Source of the DNA: Perna viridis
Lineage: Eukaryota
Direction: 5' to 3'
Assembly (NCBI GenBank): GCA_037379345.1
Contig: CM074516.1
Span: 47,777,626-47,841,625, forward strand
DNA: 64,000 bases
The first letter of the stretch is position 1; every line of letters begins with the position of its first letter. The notes under the pieces were generated by a model. The model saw only the letters and a list, made by a program, of their open reading frames with translations. It did not search any database and was not told the origin of the DNA. Shown here in pieces: positions 38,106 to 53,100 of the stretch. The position numbers and the translations under genes are program-made.

Positions 38106-41100
38106 ATATATATATATATATATATATATCTCAAGTTTGATATAAAATGATTATAGAAAATATCCAAAAATAATTCCGTAAACAAATAGGAGAAAGTAAA
38201 TAAAACACTTCTATTTTCTTAATTTTTCCACCAGAAAAAAATCTCCAAAATGGATTATAAATACACTAAATTCAAAATTGAAAGAAAGAAATAAAAAAAA
38301 ATATACATTTACTATCATACTTACCAAATCATCAAAAATATCTTTCTGATGTACATGTATGGTAATGAGAGTCTCAAACTTAGTTCTTTCTAACTTGGTC
38401 AGTTCTGTGGTTGTCATTTGAATAAGCTCATTCAAAATATCCAAGAATTTCTGGTTTGTGTTGGACATAATTTTCTTGTCAGTTCTGGCATTGTTCAGTG
38501 CATCTTCAGAATCTCTAGTCCACAACATTTGGATTCCTAACAATCCAATCTACAAACAAACCATAAAACCACAATAACAATTGGATAATACACTTTGTAA
38601 AACTAGATACTATATTGCCTAGTCTTGTTACTGAATTATTCAATTGGCATATAATTTATGATAAAGTTTATATCATTATAAGATGAAACTCTAACAAATA
38701 GGCTTCTGGAACAGGGTTAAGTTGCTACAAGATTGAAGTCATCACTACAGAAGTTTTACGATCGTCATCATGAACTCGTGGATCATTATGGTGTATCCAT
38801 CTGCACCATGAAAACAGATTTATTCAAAGGGTCATAGTTTTCCTTTCCTTGTTTGTCTATCCCACACGACTTTTTATGAGCAACTCGCCAGGTGTTTCTA
38901 GAAAAGCAGAGGACGCTTACCCTACCAGTGCACCTAGTCCATGCTCCCAGTTTTTAGTGGAGTCCGAGTTGCTCATTTGCTTTTGTTACTTTGTATGTAT
39001 GATTTTAGTTACTTTATGTTCTTTGTTGTGTATGTCTGTTTTCCATGTCTGGTCTTTGTCCCTGGATTACATTCTTTTGATTACCACTATAACCTTGGTT
39101 CTCTTGATTACTCTTTCATATTTATAGATCTGATTTTAGCCAAAGCTCAACTATCCATAATTTAGACTAGTTCATTATATCTGTCCATAATCATTTTGAA
39201 CTTTATGATTATCTTATACCTGGTGTTTTTTGTTTATAATAGCAATCTGTAATGTGTAATTTGCACTGCAAATTCATATAAGTTATGGAGATTAAGCAAG
39301 AAATGGGTATATTGTGTCACTCACCTGTGCTGGGAACATGTTCTCAAATTCAATGAGTTTGAATGCAGGATCAGAGATAGATATAGCAGCAGATCTGATG
39401 ACACTATGTATAGACTTCCTGGAGGTCTTCAGAAGTTCTCCTAACCATACTTCTACATTACCCTGTCAAAAACATTAATATCAAACAGGTTATTTTGCCA
39501 GATACCTCATTTTATACAAATAATAAAAGAATATTGAAAACACACAACAGAAGATTTCTTGGTACATTAACATAAGACTGCAATGAGGTACCTTAATCTT
39601 ATTGCTTATTGTGAAAGTACTTTATTTTGTTGGTTATCAATTTCTTTTTGCTGCAATAATTTGGTAGTTTGTGAATTTTTGATTTATTGATTTCATTGGG
39701 TCATCATAGCTTTCAATGGAAATTTAACATTCTGTTGGGAATTTAATTTGCAGTTTCAGCAAACCACGAAAACTAGTATTAACCAATAATAGTTCTTCGA
39801 AGTATTACTTTAAAGTCCTTACCTGTGCCAAGACAGGTTCATCCAATGCTACATTTTCTCCTTCCTGTGAGTTCATTGATAAGATCTTATCATAGACCTT
39901 CTCATCAAACACTACAGTCTTGGTGTTGTCAAAGATACTCAATAAATGAGCCTGAAACAAGATATCATATCAACGTCATGAATAAGAACTTATTTTGAGT
40001 ACTCAATGGTGATGGTTTTCTTTCCTGCTTCGTCTTACATTGTTTAAACATTTTTGTACATAAAACCATCTGAAAACTTCACAGGTCACAGTTGAATGTT
40101 AAGTGATTGATATGAGATTCTCAATACAATGTTTTGGGTTTTTTTTCTGACAACTTGAGGAAAACTATAACAAATATTGAACAATAAACTAGGTACTATA
40201 GATTACCTGAATGGTGTGAGAGTCACTGGCCTGACCAAGGATTTCCAGTAAAGCTGGATCTGACACAAAGAAAAATCGAGGGAAGACAAGACGTTTCTTC
40301 TCCAGGTATCCAGTCAGAGATTTCTGACAGATTTCTAACTGTTCCAATAAATGTGGGAGAAGTTGACTAAGTGTATCATCACCAACACAGCACTGTACTA
40401 CATTAGAGTTCTCATGAGCTTTCTGCATGATTTTCATCCATGATTTGTCAATGTTACTGAATCTCTTGGCTTCTTGTGGCAACTGTTTAGCAATGTCACC
40501 ACCAACAAATACAGCTTCTAGATAGATCCACAAGTTCTGTACAATGAGCCAGTTCTCAATGATTTCTGTTGTACCTGTCAGTTTCTGTACCCATTCCTGG
40601 ATCTTTGGTTTGAATGGAGCATTGTATCTGTTACTGAGTAGAGAACCAAGAACCATCAAGCTGTCCTCCATCAGAGCCACTGTCTCACTTGTTGTGTCAC
40701 CTGCATAAATATTAATCAATTAATCACTATGTTCATGTCAAACATTGTACTAGGACAGACAGAAAGAATATTACTTCTGTAACTTTGATATTTTTTACTT
40801 GTCTTTACTTGAAACATTATCTAGATTCGAAATATTTATAGTACGAAAAACACAAAGTTAATTAATTAAACTGAATCAATTCCAAGAACAAATTATATTG
40901 TACAGAATTCTATAACCTAAGTTCCCAGATAGGTATAACTGACCTTTAAGTAAAAGTTCTCCTCTGGTTTTGAAGGAAGAGAACTGGAAGTCCTGTGCAC
41001 TCCAGTCATTGATCACTTGTTTAAGTTTGGCTTCAATATCCTTCTCCTTTACAGCTGAGATACAGACATCCTATAACATTCATTGTTAGTCAGGTTATGT

Positions 41101-44100
41101 GTACTTGTTTACATTTCTTATGATCAAATATAAATAATATATCTTTAAACCTTGAACATTTATCAATACTAACATAGTATTTTAAATAACTTGTAAACCT
41201 AATGACATTGAATATTATCTAAGAAAAATTCATCCCTAAAAATCAAACTACAATTTGTTTACCTCAATATCCTCTTTGTACTGTAGAAGAGGCGCCTCCA
41301 TGAGGTTTCTGAGGAGGAAGTTATCAGCTTCCACATCAAAGCTATGTCCAGTAATCTGGGCAATTCTATCCCAGTGACGGCCCATCATAGCTTTGTTAGC
41401 CATCATTTCTAACAGAGGACAGGTTTCATTGAAGTCATCAATAGTCTTCTTCAGATCCTCAAAAGCTTGCCATTCCTTCAAAGCTTTAGGAAGCTTACGA
41501 CATCTGGTAACATAAAATCAGTAAATATAGTGCAATACTCCACACAACTTGCGTCACTTTTTTATTACGAGAATAATTTTGTTGAAAAGGAAAAGTATAC
41601 AAGCTAGTGATTTAAGTTCACTAACACATTTAAAAAAGATGAAAATGAAAGTTTACAATAAGTGTGTATTACAATTAGAAAGTTCTATATCCATCAAGTT
41701 GCATACTTGTTTTGGAAGTCCAGCAATTCATTGTTGATCTTCTCGATATCAATTTCCACCCAGGCAATATCATAGTAAGCATTTACTGTCTCCAGTACAA
41801 CATTGTACAGTTGGTAAAGTTTCTGGGCAAGGTTAAGTTCCTTCCTGATTCTCTGTAACTCAGGGTACTGGGTGACAGGCAGACCAAACAGTTCCTCTCC
41901 TCCAGAGAATGTCACAAACTTCCTCCATAACTCATCAAACCTGGCTTGGTATATGTTTAGTCTATCGGAGGCCTCACGTGGAGCAATACCAGTAACCATT
42001 GGTCCTCTATCGAACAAATGATAATAATATTAAAATGAGTACATACAACTTTGGTTGCAGTATGTATCAGTTCTTAAATTCATTAAAATAAAAATTTTAA
42101 ATGAGCATTTTAGCTAAAATTGATGACATTAAAAAGCCATCTTCAAAAAATGTCTTCTTCCTTTTTTTTAAGAACTCATGATTAACTCACTTGTCATCAT
42201 AATCACCAATAAAGTCATCTGAATCCTTTTTGAATACCTCAACACCTTCCAGTAAATCTGCCTTAAACTTAGGTTGGATCTGTAGCAGATGGTTCTGTAC
42301 TTGCTGGGACTATAATACAATATGAAAATGTCAAACATTATCAGTTGAAAGGCAGAAAAAAGGAGAAAGTATCAGCTAAATTAGACACCCTAGAAACTCA
42401 AATCATGACTTATTGATATTTTTATACAGAGGTAAAGCATTTTTTTTTTAATCTATTTGAATGTACTACTATAAAATTGATTCAAGTCGTACCTGAGCAA
42501 TAAGTTTCTTCCATCCATAAGACAGAGTATCTACTCTCTCAGCATTACCATCATTAAAGAAGATATTGTACTTGTTAAGCATGGCATATGTTTCCTCAAT
42601 TGGTGTGATTGTCATGTCAACACGGATCTCAGCTTCTCGGATCTCATTCAATGAAGCCATGTGTGATCGAACATCATCCAGATCCTTGACAGGGCGAGAC
42701 AATTTCTTGGTCAAATTCTCAATGAATTCTAAAATGTCATCCATCTCTGTAGCACACTTCTCATTAAGGGCCTTTGAGTAAGCCATTTTCCAGTTTCTAG
42801 CTTCAGTAACGAAGGCTAGTTTGAGTTTATCAGTAACACACATAACAGAGCCAACACGGTAGCTTGGCTGGATCTCCTCAATCTCCTGTTCTAGTTTCTG
42901 TAGAAGGATAACTCAACAGAATAAATATATTACAAAAAACTTGTAAAAAAGGAAAAAATTGGAGTTTTTTTTCTGAATTGCAGACATAGCCAGTGAATTT
43001 TTTCTTAAATTTATTTATAATTAAGTAGTTAAATTTGCAGTTTTTTTTTTATTAGAAAATGTATCTATTTTTCTCATCAGATTATTTTTACCTGATAGAA
43101 TTTGATCTGGGCTTCAATTTCAGTCAGGATTGGTTTGGCCTCCATAAATTCCTTCACAGTCTGGTCAATTTCCTGTTAATAGAACAAATATCTTTAAAGT
43201 GACACTGATTAGGAAGATGTAAACATCATTATAGAAAGTTTTCAGAAGGTATTTAAATATACTCAACATCTTACTGATTACTCCTCAAAATATGAACTGT
43301 TTTATTTTGTTCAGTTTGAGAAATAAAAATGAGTAAACAATTCCATTCTACAGAATATCAATCTTATAGTGTCAGATCATTTGAAGTAAGGAAACTGTAA
43401 GCCAACTTACCTTGTCCCAAAGATGTGAGTACTTGACAAAGTTCTCCAATACTTCATTCACATCTATCTTAAAGGTACTGATGATGGAGTTGAGCTGGAT
43501 GACAATCTTCACAACATCTTTATGGTCACTGATAATCTTGTGGAGTGGTTTAACAGCAGAGGTCTGCATGATCTTACCTCCTTCCTCTCCAGCCTCGCTG
43601 GCGGCAATCTCCATCTCCTACAACCACAACAACACATTATTAACATTGTTCTAAAGTAATTTAGTAAAGAATATATCAATCCAGAGTAAATGATAAATTT
43701 TATCATAATTGTTCCTTTATACGATGATAAACAATGTTGTTAATGTTAGCATAATGTACAAATGAGTACAGTCAATTGTATTAATACTTTAAAACTCCAA
43801 TTCGTTGTAAGTATTCATTTAACACTCACTATTATTAATTAGTTCGAAATTACATCTGCAGTTCTCAACTCTCTTAAGTTCAAATATACATGAAATAAGA
43901 ATGACAAAAGTTTAACAATTTTTTTTTAAAAACACTGAGACAACAATTAAAATATGCAATGTTTCATGTAATTGTACTTGTCTAAAGGAGAAGTTTCACA
44001 ATATCAATTTTTTTGTCTATAGTTTGATATAACATGAGACTTCGACTTAAGAAGATTATTTATTTAAGAAGTGAAGCATCAGATATCTCCAAATAGATCA

Positions 44101-47100
44101 ACTGGTAATGCTTATTTTGAACCTCATATCAATACATCCAGATATTCAATATAAAGACCTGATCTTTGAGTATTGGTTCTACTCGTAACTATTAAACTGA
44201 TGAATAGTGAACCACATCCCATGTGAAGATTATACAAAAAGATTAATACATAGAAAAAAAAATAACAAAATTTAGTCTGTCAGAAAAAGCTTCTCTTATC
44301 TTTAAACCATCCAATGTCAAGAGCTAAAAACACTGAAGAGCATTTTATTTTCAACTTAACCCTTTCTGAATACAGAGAAGGTCTTTTCACTGGTTATCAA
44401 CTCCCAAGTGTGTGTTACATAGAGATGATTTCAAGGTCTGCATTCCAAAGCATCAAGATTTTTAAAGTGACAGGCTTTTATAATTCCACAACTATTCTGA
44501 GATTTTACCAACAAAAAAAAACAACATTCATCTTGATTGACAAAAGCTTTGTTTTTTTTTATCTTTTACGGTTTTACTACCAGAGTGTAGTCAGGGACCT
44601 ACTCAATGTAGCTAATTTAATACCCAGAAAGGGTTAAAGCACAGCATAATTGACAAAACTTAGAAATAAACTTGAAGATACCTTGGCTTCTTTTGCTTGC
44701 TAATGATAAAACAAAAATATAATTTTTACTTTAATCAGCTATAAATAGGTATAAATTTCTTGATATATTTATATTTGAAATAATACTTAATTACTAATAT
44801 ACCCCTTGTCCTCTTACAAATCTAACACAAAAAGTTAGAGTGCAACTATCTCTAATACAGCTACACTAATCTTCATATTTAAATGTCATGTTTACATATA
44901 CGAAAGAATTAGTTTTCAACAATATGAGCACTATATAAATGCAGGATAATGAGAAAAAAGTCTACTTTTCATAAATACCTGCACTAAATCTAAAGTTCAA
45001 AGCTATCAAGACTAGAACTAAAAGCACACTTAGAGAGCAACATTTAATTTTTGAGTTGCTTTCACATGCTGACAATATGTGTAATCAGTACATGAACTAT
45101 CTCTCATTTTATACCTTTGTTCCTGATTCCCTAAAATTTGTACATAGTTTAAAATTTCTACTGCATATTCTGGTAAATATTTGAATTATTTAAGAGTAAA
45201 TAAACAGATTTGACATTAGACAATACAGAATGCAAGTGACTGGCTACATATAAAATTAGAATAAAAACTTTGTAAATTATAGACATCAAATAAACCGTGT
45301 ACTACAAGTTTTCATTGATAATGAAGGAGTTCTGATTAGCTTTGCAAAGGAAGGTATGATCCAGCAATGGTTATATATACAACAGCACACACACACACAG
45401 ATAAAAGTAATCAACCAATTAGAATGACTGTTACATACCTTCTGTTGTTGTTTCTGATGTAGGATCATGTGACTCCATTGAGGTATATCCTGTGAAGCCT
45501 TGAGGATAATCTGTACAGCCTTGTTGAGGGAAGACTGGAGGTCATCCAGACTGGGTTTCATCACTACATTGGGTATAGCCAGAGTTATGTCAGCATAGAA
45601 AAGAGGGGGTTTAGAGTCCTCCTTCTGGGCATCCTTACTGTACTTATTAGATACTTGTAGTCTCCTCTTGATAGCATCCAATGACAGTCTTGTGCCTAAG
45701 AACATCATAAAGTCATTGTGAGACATGTAGAGATCAAAACTAGATATATCTCCTTAATGTTATATTGTGTAAACTTTCAATGCTCGTCAAGTCAAAGACA
45801 ATAACAATTCCCAAAATATTTTTATTGCAAAAAAACTCATTTTCATAATAGTGACAGCAGAGTTTAATAACTTCACAAAAATCAATACACTATACAATAA
45901 TGCATTAGTGTTGAAGTACTAGAACACTTACACTTAACAAGAGCTTCTGTGTTTCTCTGTGTGAAGTAATTCAGTAAGGTATAGTAACAGCATGGCTGAC
46001 ATTCCTGACACCTCTGTTTCTTGTTCTTCGTATCAGGCTGAGTACAGGCATAGCCTACCTCTGGTGATAAATTAGTCTGCTGGGCCTCAGACAGGTTTGC
46101 CTTAAGGGTGTCAACAATGTCATATACAGCTATCTCTACCAGTTTGCTTTGACTGTAAAATAGGAAATATTTCCATGCATGAACTTCCTTAAAATTTCCT
46201 TTAAGACTATATAGATAACTTTCAGTTTCAAAATCATAGGATATCCCATGATTCAATGCATCATCAGAAAATTAGTTAAAGACAAGAGTGATTTAAAATT
46301 GATTTCACAAAAATGCTTAAAATCTCAATAAACCCAAACTTACGCAGCTAGTTGTTGAGAAGCCTGTCCAACAACAACAGTAGTTAGGTCCAGGAAAGTA
46401 TCAGCTGTGATAGCTTCATCTTCAGGGAGGTCACATAAAGCTGTAATGGACATGTCTTGAAGAACAGCCTCAACACGACAGTCCAATATGTCTTTCACTG
46501 TTTTAGACAGCTTCTCTAATCCTGTCATCTGTTTGTATACATTTTCTATGTCTACAATCAAAACATGGAATCAAATCATTTAAACATACCACTGTACCAT
46601 TCCTTACTTTTTACTTAAACCATTTCTTTTGTTATTTTCATATTGATCTCCTGCCGACCTTTTCACAAAAAGTAGTAAATGTATAATTCATCAAAAGTTC
46701 TGACAACAAAAATGTTACTTTCTATTGTGACATCAATATTTACTATCAATTTTATTCTTGCAAGTTTGTGTGAAACTGAAGACTGGACTTTGCAGCTTGA
46801 ATATAGAACTGTCCAATTTTTTACTTTACAGTCTTCTCAACAACATGTTATTTTAAAACTGACAACTTTGACTTAAACTGCAACTTACATTAGAAATTCA
46901 TCATTAAAAATAGATGCCGAATAAATATTTACTTACAGCCCTCAATGTTAAGGGATGACCAAGAAAGGGAGGTAACTCCAGGATTGAGAGCATCACCAAC
47001 TTTGTCAGTGAATGGTTTCATCAGTGGTAGTAAGACCTGTGGTATCTCTCTAACAATCCTTTGGTACTCATTCAACATTTCCATCAATCTGGAAAAGAAG

Positions 47101-50100
47101 GAAATGGTTGTTCTGAAGGAATGAATAATAAAAATATCCATAAAAATAAGTTACGTAATGCATACAAGTTCATTCCTATGACTGAAACAATGAATGCTTC
47201 ACTACTCTTAAATGATTAAAGATGCTTCTTGTCATTTTCTTAATTCTGAATTATGCAATAAGTGCTCTATTATAACTATGTTTTATTTTATTTACTACTA
47301 TAACACATACAAGATGGCTCCATTGGTCTTACTGACATTAAAACTTACGAGACATGATTGGTCTTTATGTCATCCTCCTTGACCATTAAGTTTTTGGCAG
47401 TTACTGGTATCTCCAAGTTTAAGGCAGCCAAACACTTGGATTCTTGAATCAGTTCCATAATCTGGGAGTCAAAGTTGACAAACAAATCACCAGTTTCTGG
47501 GTTTTTCACTAGGAGGGCAGCAGTCAGACCTCCCTTGGCAGCTTCTACAGCTCTACACCAACCACGATGATACAACATCTAAAAATTAGATATGAATATT
47601 AATGTTTCTAGTAAATAAAAAAATACCTATTTCAATACAAAACTAAAGAGTGTATGTGTTCTGATATAATATTCTTTACCAAAATCTACGAAGATATTTC
47701 AAGTATGCTATTGATTATACTCAGCTCAATAATTCTATTTATTACAGTTAGAAAGCTTACCTCATACTCCAGAAGTACACTAGCCATCTTGTTGTAATTG
47801 CGAACTATCTTCTTGGCTTCTGGATGCTGGAAACATACAAATATTAACATTTTATTCATTCAACCAAACAAAACAATGTCATAAGTTACATGTCACACAA
47901 TTATGTCATTTAATACAGAAGGAAAGCTATTGCATATACATAGCTACTTTCCAGACTTCATTCCAGCACAACAAATAAACTGGAATCATTGTATATTCTT
48001 CACTTTTTTCCAATTTCAATCAAAAATTATCCAATCTTAGTGTAAAAAGCCTCTTAATGAAACAAACCTTAAGCAGTTCTGGCTTGGTTTTGAAGACTCT
48101 CATCGGGTGTTCAATTTTACGGTAAAGTTGACGAGACCAGGCGATACGACCAGCTACAGGTGGAAGATTCCTAGGAATGGGTGGTTCCTGTTTACATTTC
48201 TGATAGAGTTTTCTGATAGATTCCAGATCTTTCCCATAGTTCATCAGTACTCTCATGTATTTCTCGTTCATGTCCAAGTTAGCCCCTCCAATACTCTCAA
48301 ACTTAGACAAAAGCTCTACTGATTTCTCAGTCTACAATAGTAAAAAAAAAGTATAGTTTGTGTAATAAATCTGAGGTAACTTTTTCCTCTACTACAAAAC
48401 TACAAAAGACGTTTTCACACACTTTTTCGGAGTTAAACATCCTGTATATGGTACATTATATTTGCGATACAAGTTTAGAAGACTATGTAAACAAAATATC
48501 GAATATTATATATAGCCAAAATTAAATTAACAAAATAATGTAGTATTATATGAAGAATATAAAATCAGACAACCAAACTTCGTACAAAAGGATTTTCTTC
48601 ATTTAAAGATCATTTCCCTTAACATTACAGAAAACTAGACAAACAATACTACATAAGTTTAGAGGTGTTACTTACTGTCAATGATCTTGAAAACCAGGTG
48701 TCCATGAAGTTCTGAATCATCTGTCTCAGGGCTTCAACCTGGGCTCTGAACTCAAGATAGTCAGAATCAAACTGTAATATCAAATAAATCAACCACAACT
48801 ATAAATATGACCAATGCATGGGATATATCTTTTTAATCAGTACAATTAGCCACTTTATTTAAAAATAAATTATGAATAAATTACAACAGTAATCTTGTTT
48901 AATGTAGAGATTTTATATAATAAGCTTCATTCTATATTAATAACTTACATCTCCTTTCCTGTGGTCCAGAAGGTTGTAATTCTTCTTCTTGGTAGCATCT
49001 ACAATAGTCTTGTATTTGTTGGCAATGACATCAATGCCTTCAATCTTGATTTCTCCCAGTCCAGAGAACATCTCCATGGTGTTAACCATATCAGCAATTC
49101 TTTCCAGGCGACGACAGAACGTGTCAAACTTTCCAAAGATGTAGTTCTCACTATAAAAGGGACAAACATATCTTATTAATAATTCTACAAACATCCAATG
49201 AGATTACTTGTTTATAAGAAATGTTTCACTAACCTAAGTATTGAACTTGTTATTTCCATCCCACATTACAATGTTCCCTATAAAACATAGACAAGTTCTC
49301 TACATCAGATTCACAACAAAATTTACCTGAACTCAAACTGTCTTTCATTCGGATTTTGTCTGAGTTTTTCTTTAGTTTTCTGGAATTGCTTCTGATATTC
49401 CTCATTCAGCTGAGTACATTCATTCAGTCTTTGTAACAATGTAGGTCTGAAAGTCAACGAATAGAAAAATTAAGACTTTTTTGAGTTAATGAAAACAAAG
49501 TTATTTCATTATATCAAATGTTTGAATGTAGAGTGGTTCTTTATTTTTTGTTTTCTTCTCCTTTCTGTTTTGGTTGTTTTGTTTTTTTTCTAAGTGCCCC
49601 ACTGCAACAAACCATTCAAATGTGCTTTCTAACATTAGAATTAGATAAATGTATTTCAAAATTTGTAGGCATTAATCATGGATTTGATAGTTGCAAAATA
49701 GAGCTTACTGAGGACTAAGTCAGTGGAGCCAGAACACAGAGCTTACTGAGGACTAAGTCAGTGGAGCCAGAACACAGCTTACTGAGGTCTAAGTCAGTGG
49801 AGCCAGAACATCGAGCTTACTGAGGACTAAGTCTGTAGAGCCAGAAATGTTTTTCTGTTTGTTTGGTTGGTTTTTGTTTTTTTTTAACCCATTAAATCAG
49901 AATATAAACATGAATGTACCTTGGTATATCCCAGATTCTAGAGACATCATGGAGGATGTATTTTTTACAAGTGGTGATCATTTGATTAGTGACTTTAACA
50001 AACAGTGATGTCATCCTCTCTGATGTGTTGTAGTACTGGGAGATACTATAGATCATCCTGATAGCATTCATCAAACTAGGAATATGTTCCACCATAGACG

Positions 50101-53100
50101 CCTGAAAACACACAATTGTAACATATGACATAGTATGCAAGCTGATGATTACTAGAATCACTGTGAGCACAGCTCACTTGTTGGTGTTTTGTTGTTATCA
50201 TTTTTTTACTTGTTGATGCCCCCTCCTCCCCATCCTAGAAAACATATAGAAAACCCTGAAGTCATTAAGATGGAAAAACAAAATAAAATGGCATCATGTG
50301 ATAAAGAACAAATATTCATCAAATTCCATTTAGCTCTTTAAGAGAAGTTGCAGATTAGAACTTAGGACTGATGAATGGATCAAAGGACAGCATGATCACT
50401 TCATACGTCCCACTTTTAAAGCAGGGGGTATAATAAAAAATATGCAGTATGTAATATTATCCCACTTTGATTGATACATGTATTACACTTGCAAGCCTGT
50501 GCAATAAATTATAATACTATGAAAAATATTTCGAAATATTTCTGCAATACTTATAATAATAATTTTTTAAAGCATAATTTATTATTGCCAAATATTAAAT
50601 TTATGGTATTAAATTTGAACAATTAAAACCTTTTTTAAAAATACTAAGTGCCAATCTACATGACCATTATAATCAAATAACATGGGAAAAAAATGTTTGC
50701 TATATTCTAGACTTACCGGTGTACATTTGACAAGTGGTCCAAAGAATTTATCCAGTGTGTATAGGTACTTCACATTGTCTTTGGCTTCATTAGCAGCATC
50801 AGTTATCTGCCCATCCTGTAAAATATACAATATAATTCATAGTCCATCCTGTAAAATATATATAGTCTTGATTACAATGAACTATCAGGTGAGAAGTATA
50901 AAAGTTAAATGAACAATACCAAATAGACTGTTTTAACTTAAGATTTCCATGATTATCAAATATCCTAACACATACATTTTACTGCAAAAATAAATTACAA
51001 AGAAAAGAAAAGAAAAGAAACATTTGTGTTTTTTGTTGTTTTTTTTCTTCAAAATAAAATATTGTCTTCTTACCAGTTCTTTCCATGTCTTAAGAGATTT
51101 AGATTTAGACACATTCAGCACATTGACGACTGCTCTTACTCTTGGGCTCTTCATTTGCTCCAACAAGCTGAAATATAAAATTTAATTGTAGTATAGTTTC
51201 AATGTGATTCAAAATTTATTGCACAAAGATAAATATTTGACACAGTTGTCTACCTTTGCCCATGAAACCCCAAAAGAGTAAATAGATCCTAACAACAAGT
51301 CAAAAAGAATCGTTTGTGAATTTTTTTTCTAAAAGAGAATGAAATAATGTACTTGTTAAACTTAGCCATTCTACTCTTCCAGTAGGCCAGTTCAGCTGTT
51401 GGTCCTATATCATCAGCTTCACGCCTCATCTGTTCACTTTCAGCCAGGACTTGTATAATCTGTTTAGACCAAGTCTGTAGTAGGCTTTCTAACTTCTCCA
51501 AGAAATCAGAGTTGGAGGCTGAAAACAAGACAGAAATGGTGTTAAAAGAGATCAACTGTCTTTAAAATATCACCAAGTTGTATTATTTTTTTATTGTTGA
51601 AATCTACACAAATGATTTGCCCATGTACAATTTCATAAAAAGGCTGTTTTTCCTTTTGGTTTGACAAACAACAAGTTATCAATGCTAGAAGATATTCCAA
51701 CAAAATATAAATAAGAAAATTCATGACATGCTTAACTCACCAGCAGCCTGAAAGTCAGTAGGGGAAGATAATCCATCTATCTGAGGTCCTATTCCATTCT
51801 CTGCAAGAGTTACCTGCCCTTCCATATTGTTGACAGCAGAGAGGAGGTTAGTGATGAACATTTCCAGATGTTCTAGAAATTCATCTATTTGTGGGTTCTT
51901 ATCATTCTCTACAGACACATTACCCCATTGCTGAAAAACATGTATATAAACTGTAATTCTTTCCAAAAAGATAAAAAAAATTTGTTCCTAGTAGCAGGTG
52001 AATTTACAACCGTTTTAACATGGAAAACTTTAGCAATAAGAACTTTCAAAAGACTACATATATCTATTTAACAGATTTTCTTCACAATAAATGCCTACCT
52101 CTAGTGACTTCAGTGATGGTAGCACTATTTTAGACAGATATCCTTCAAATCCTTTGAGAACTTTTCCATTGGTACAGTTGAGTACCCCAAAATTAACTTC
52201 ATTGGCAATGTTCTGGATTGTAATGGCTTTATTTGTGGTCCTCAGGAAATAACAACAGATCCCATTCAAGCCCTGAAAAGATAAACAATCATAAAACATA
52301 CAATATAACATAACAAACAAAATCAAAATGTACAGATATCAAATGAAACAACAACAACAACAGACAACTAACTGGATTCATGTGAAACTTTAATGGTTGG
52401 GATACATAAACTAAACAATCAATATCTAACTTTTTAAAAACAAGTAAAATCATTTAGTAATTAACAAGTCAGATCTCCCACACAGGAAAACAAAAGAGAC
52501 AACAAATTAATTTTTAATTTGATTATTAATATAAATATGTACTTAAAACAATTTCATGTGTGAACATTAAAAATACAATATTATTATATAGATAGCAGCG
52601 TTTTGTCAAATGTTCCCAGTTTAATAAATTTCGATAATTCACAATGTGAAAGAAATTCAGTAATTTCACTCTTAGACTCTCTCCTGCCAAAATGTCACAG
52701 CATAGATATCAATCCGCAAATCATTCATGTTGAAAATATCGATAAATTATGAAGAAAATCTATACAATAAATAGTATGATCAATTGGTTATAGTGAATAA
52801 CCAAAATATGATCACTCGTGCCAAGAATGCTTGAGGATTTATCTCGTGTGCAGAACAAGTTATGCACACTCGTTAAATCTAGGCGTTTTTCGGCACTTAT
52901 GATAATATTTTTGGTTATTCATTCTTTCCAATTAATTATCCTATTAATAATTTTAATCAAAATATCTACTGACTTTCCTTGAAGTTAACTATCTTAGTTA
53001 TGACTCATTTATGTCTTGTCTGTGAAATGAATAAAAAAAAAGATACAAATAAAAATTCTTATAACAGCATAAAAGCATAAAGAATGTTGAAAATTTAAAT

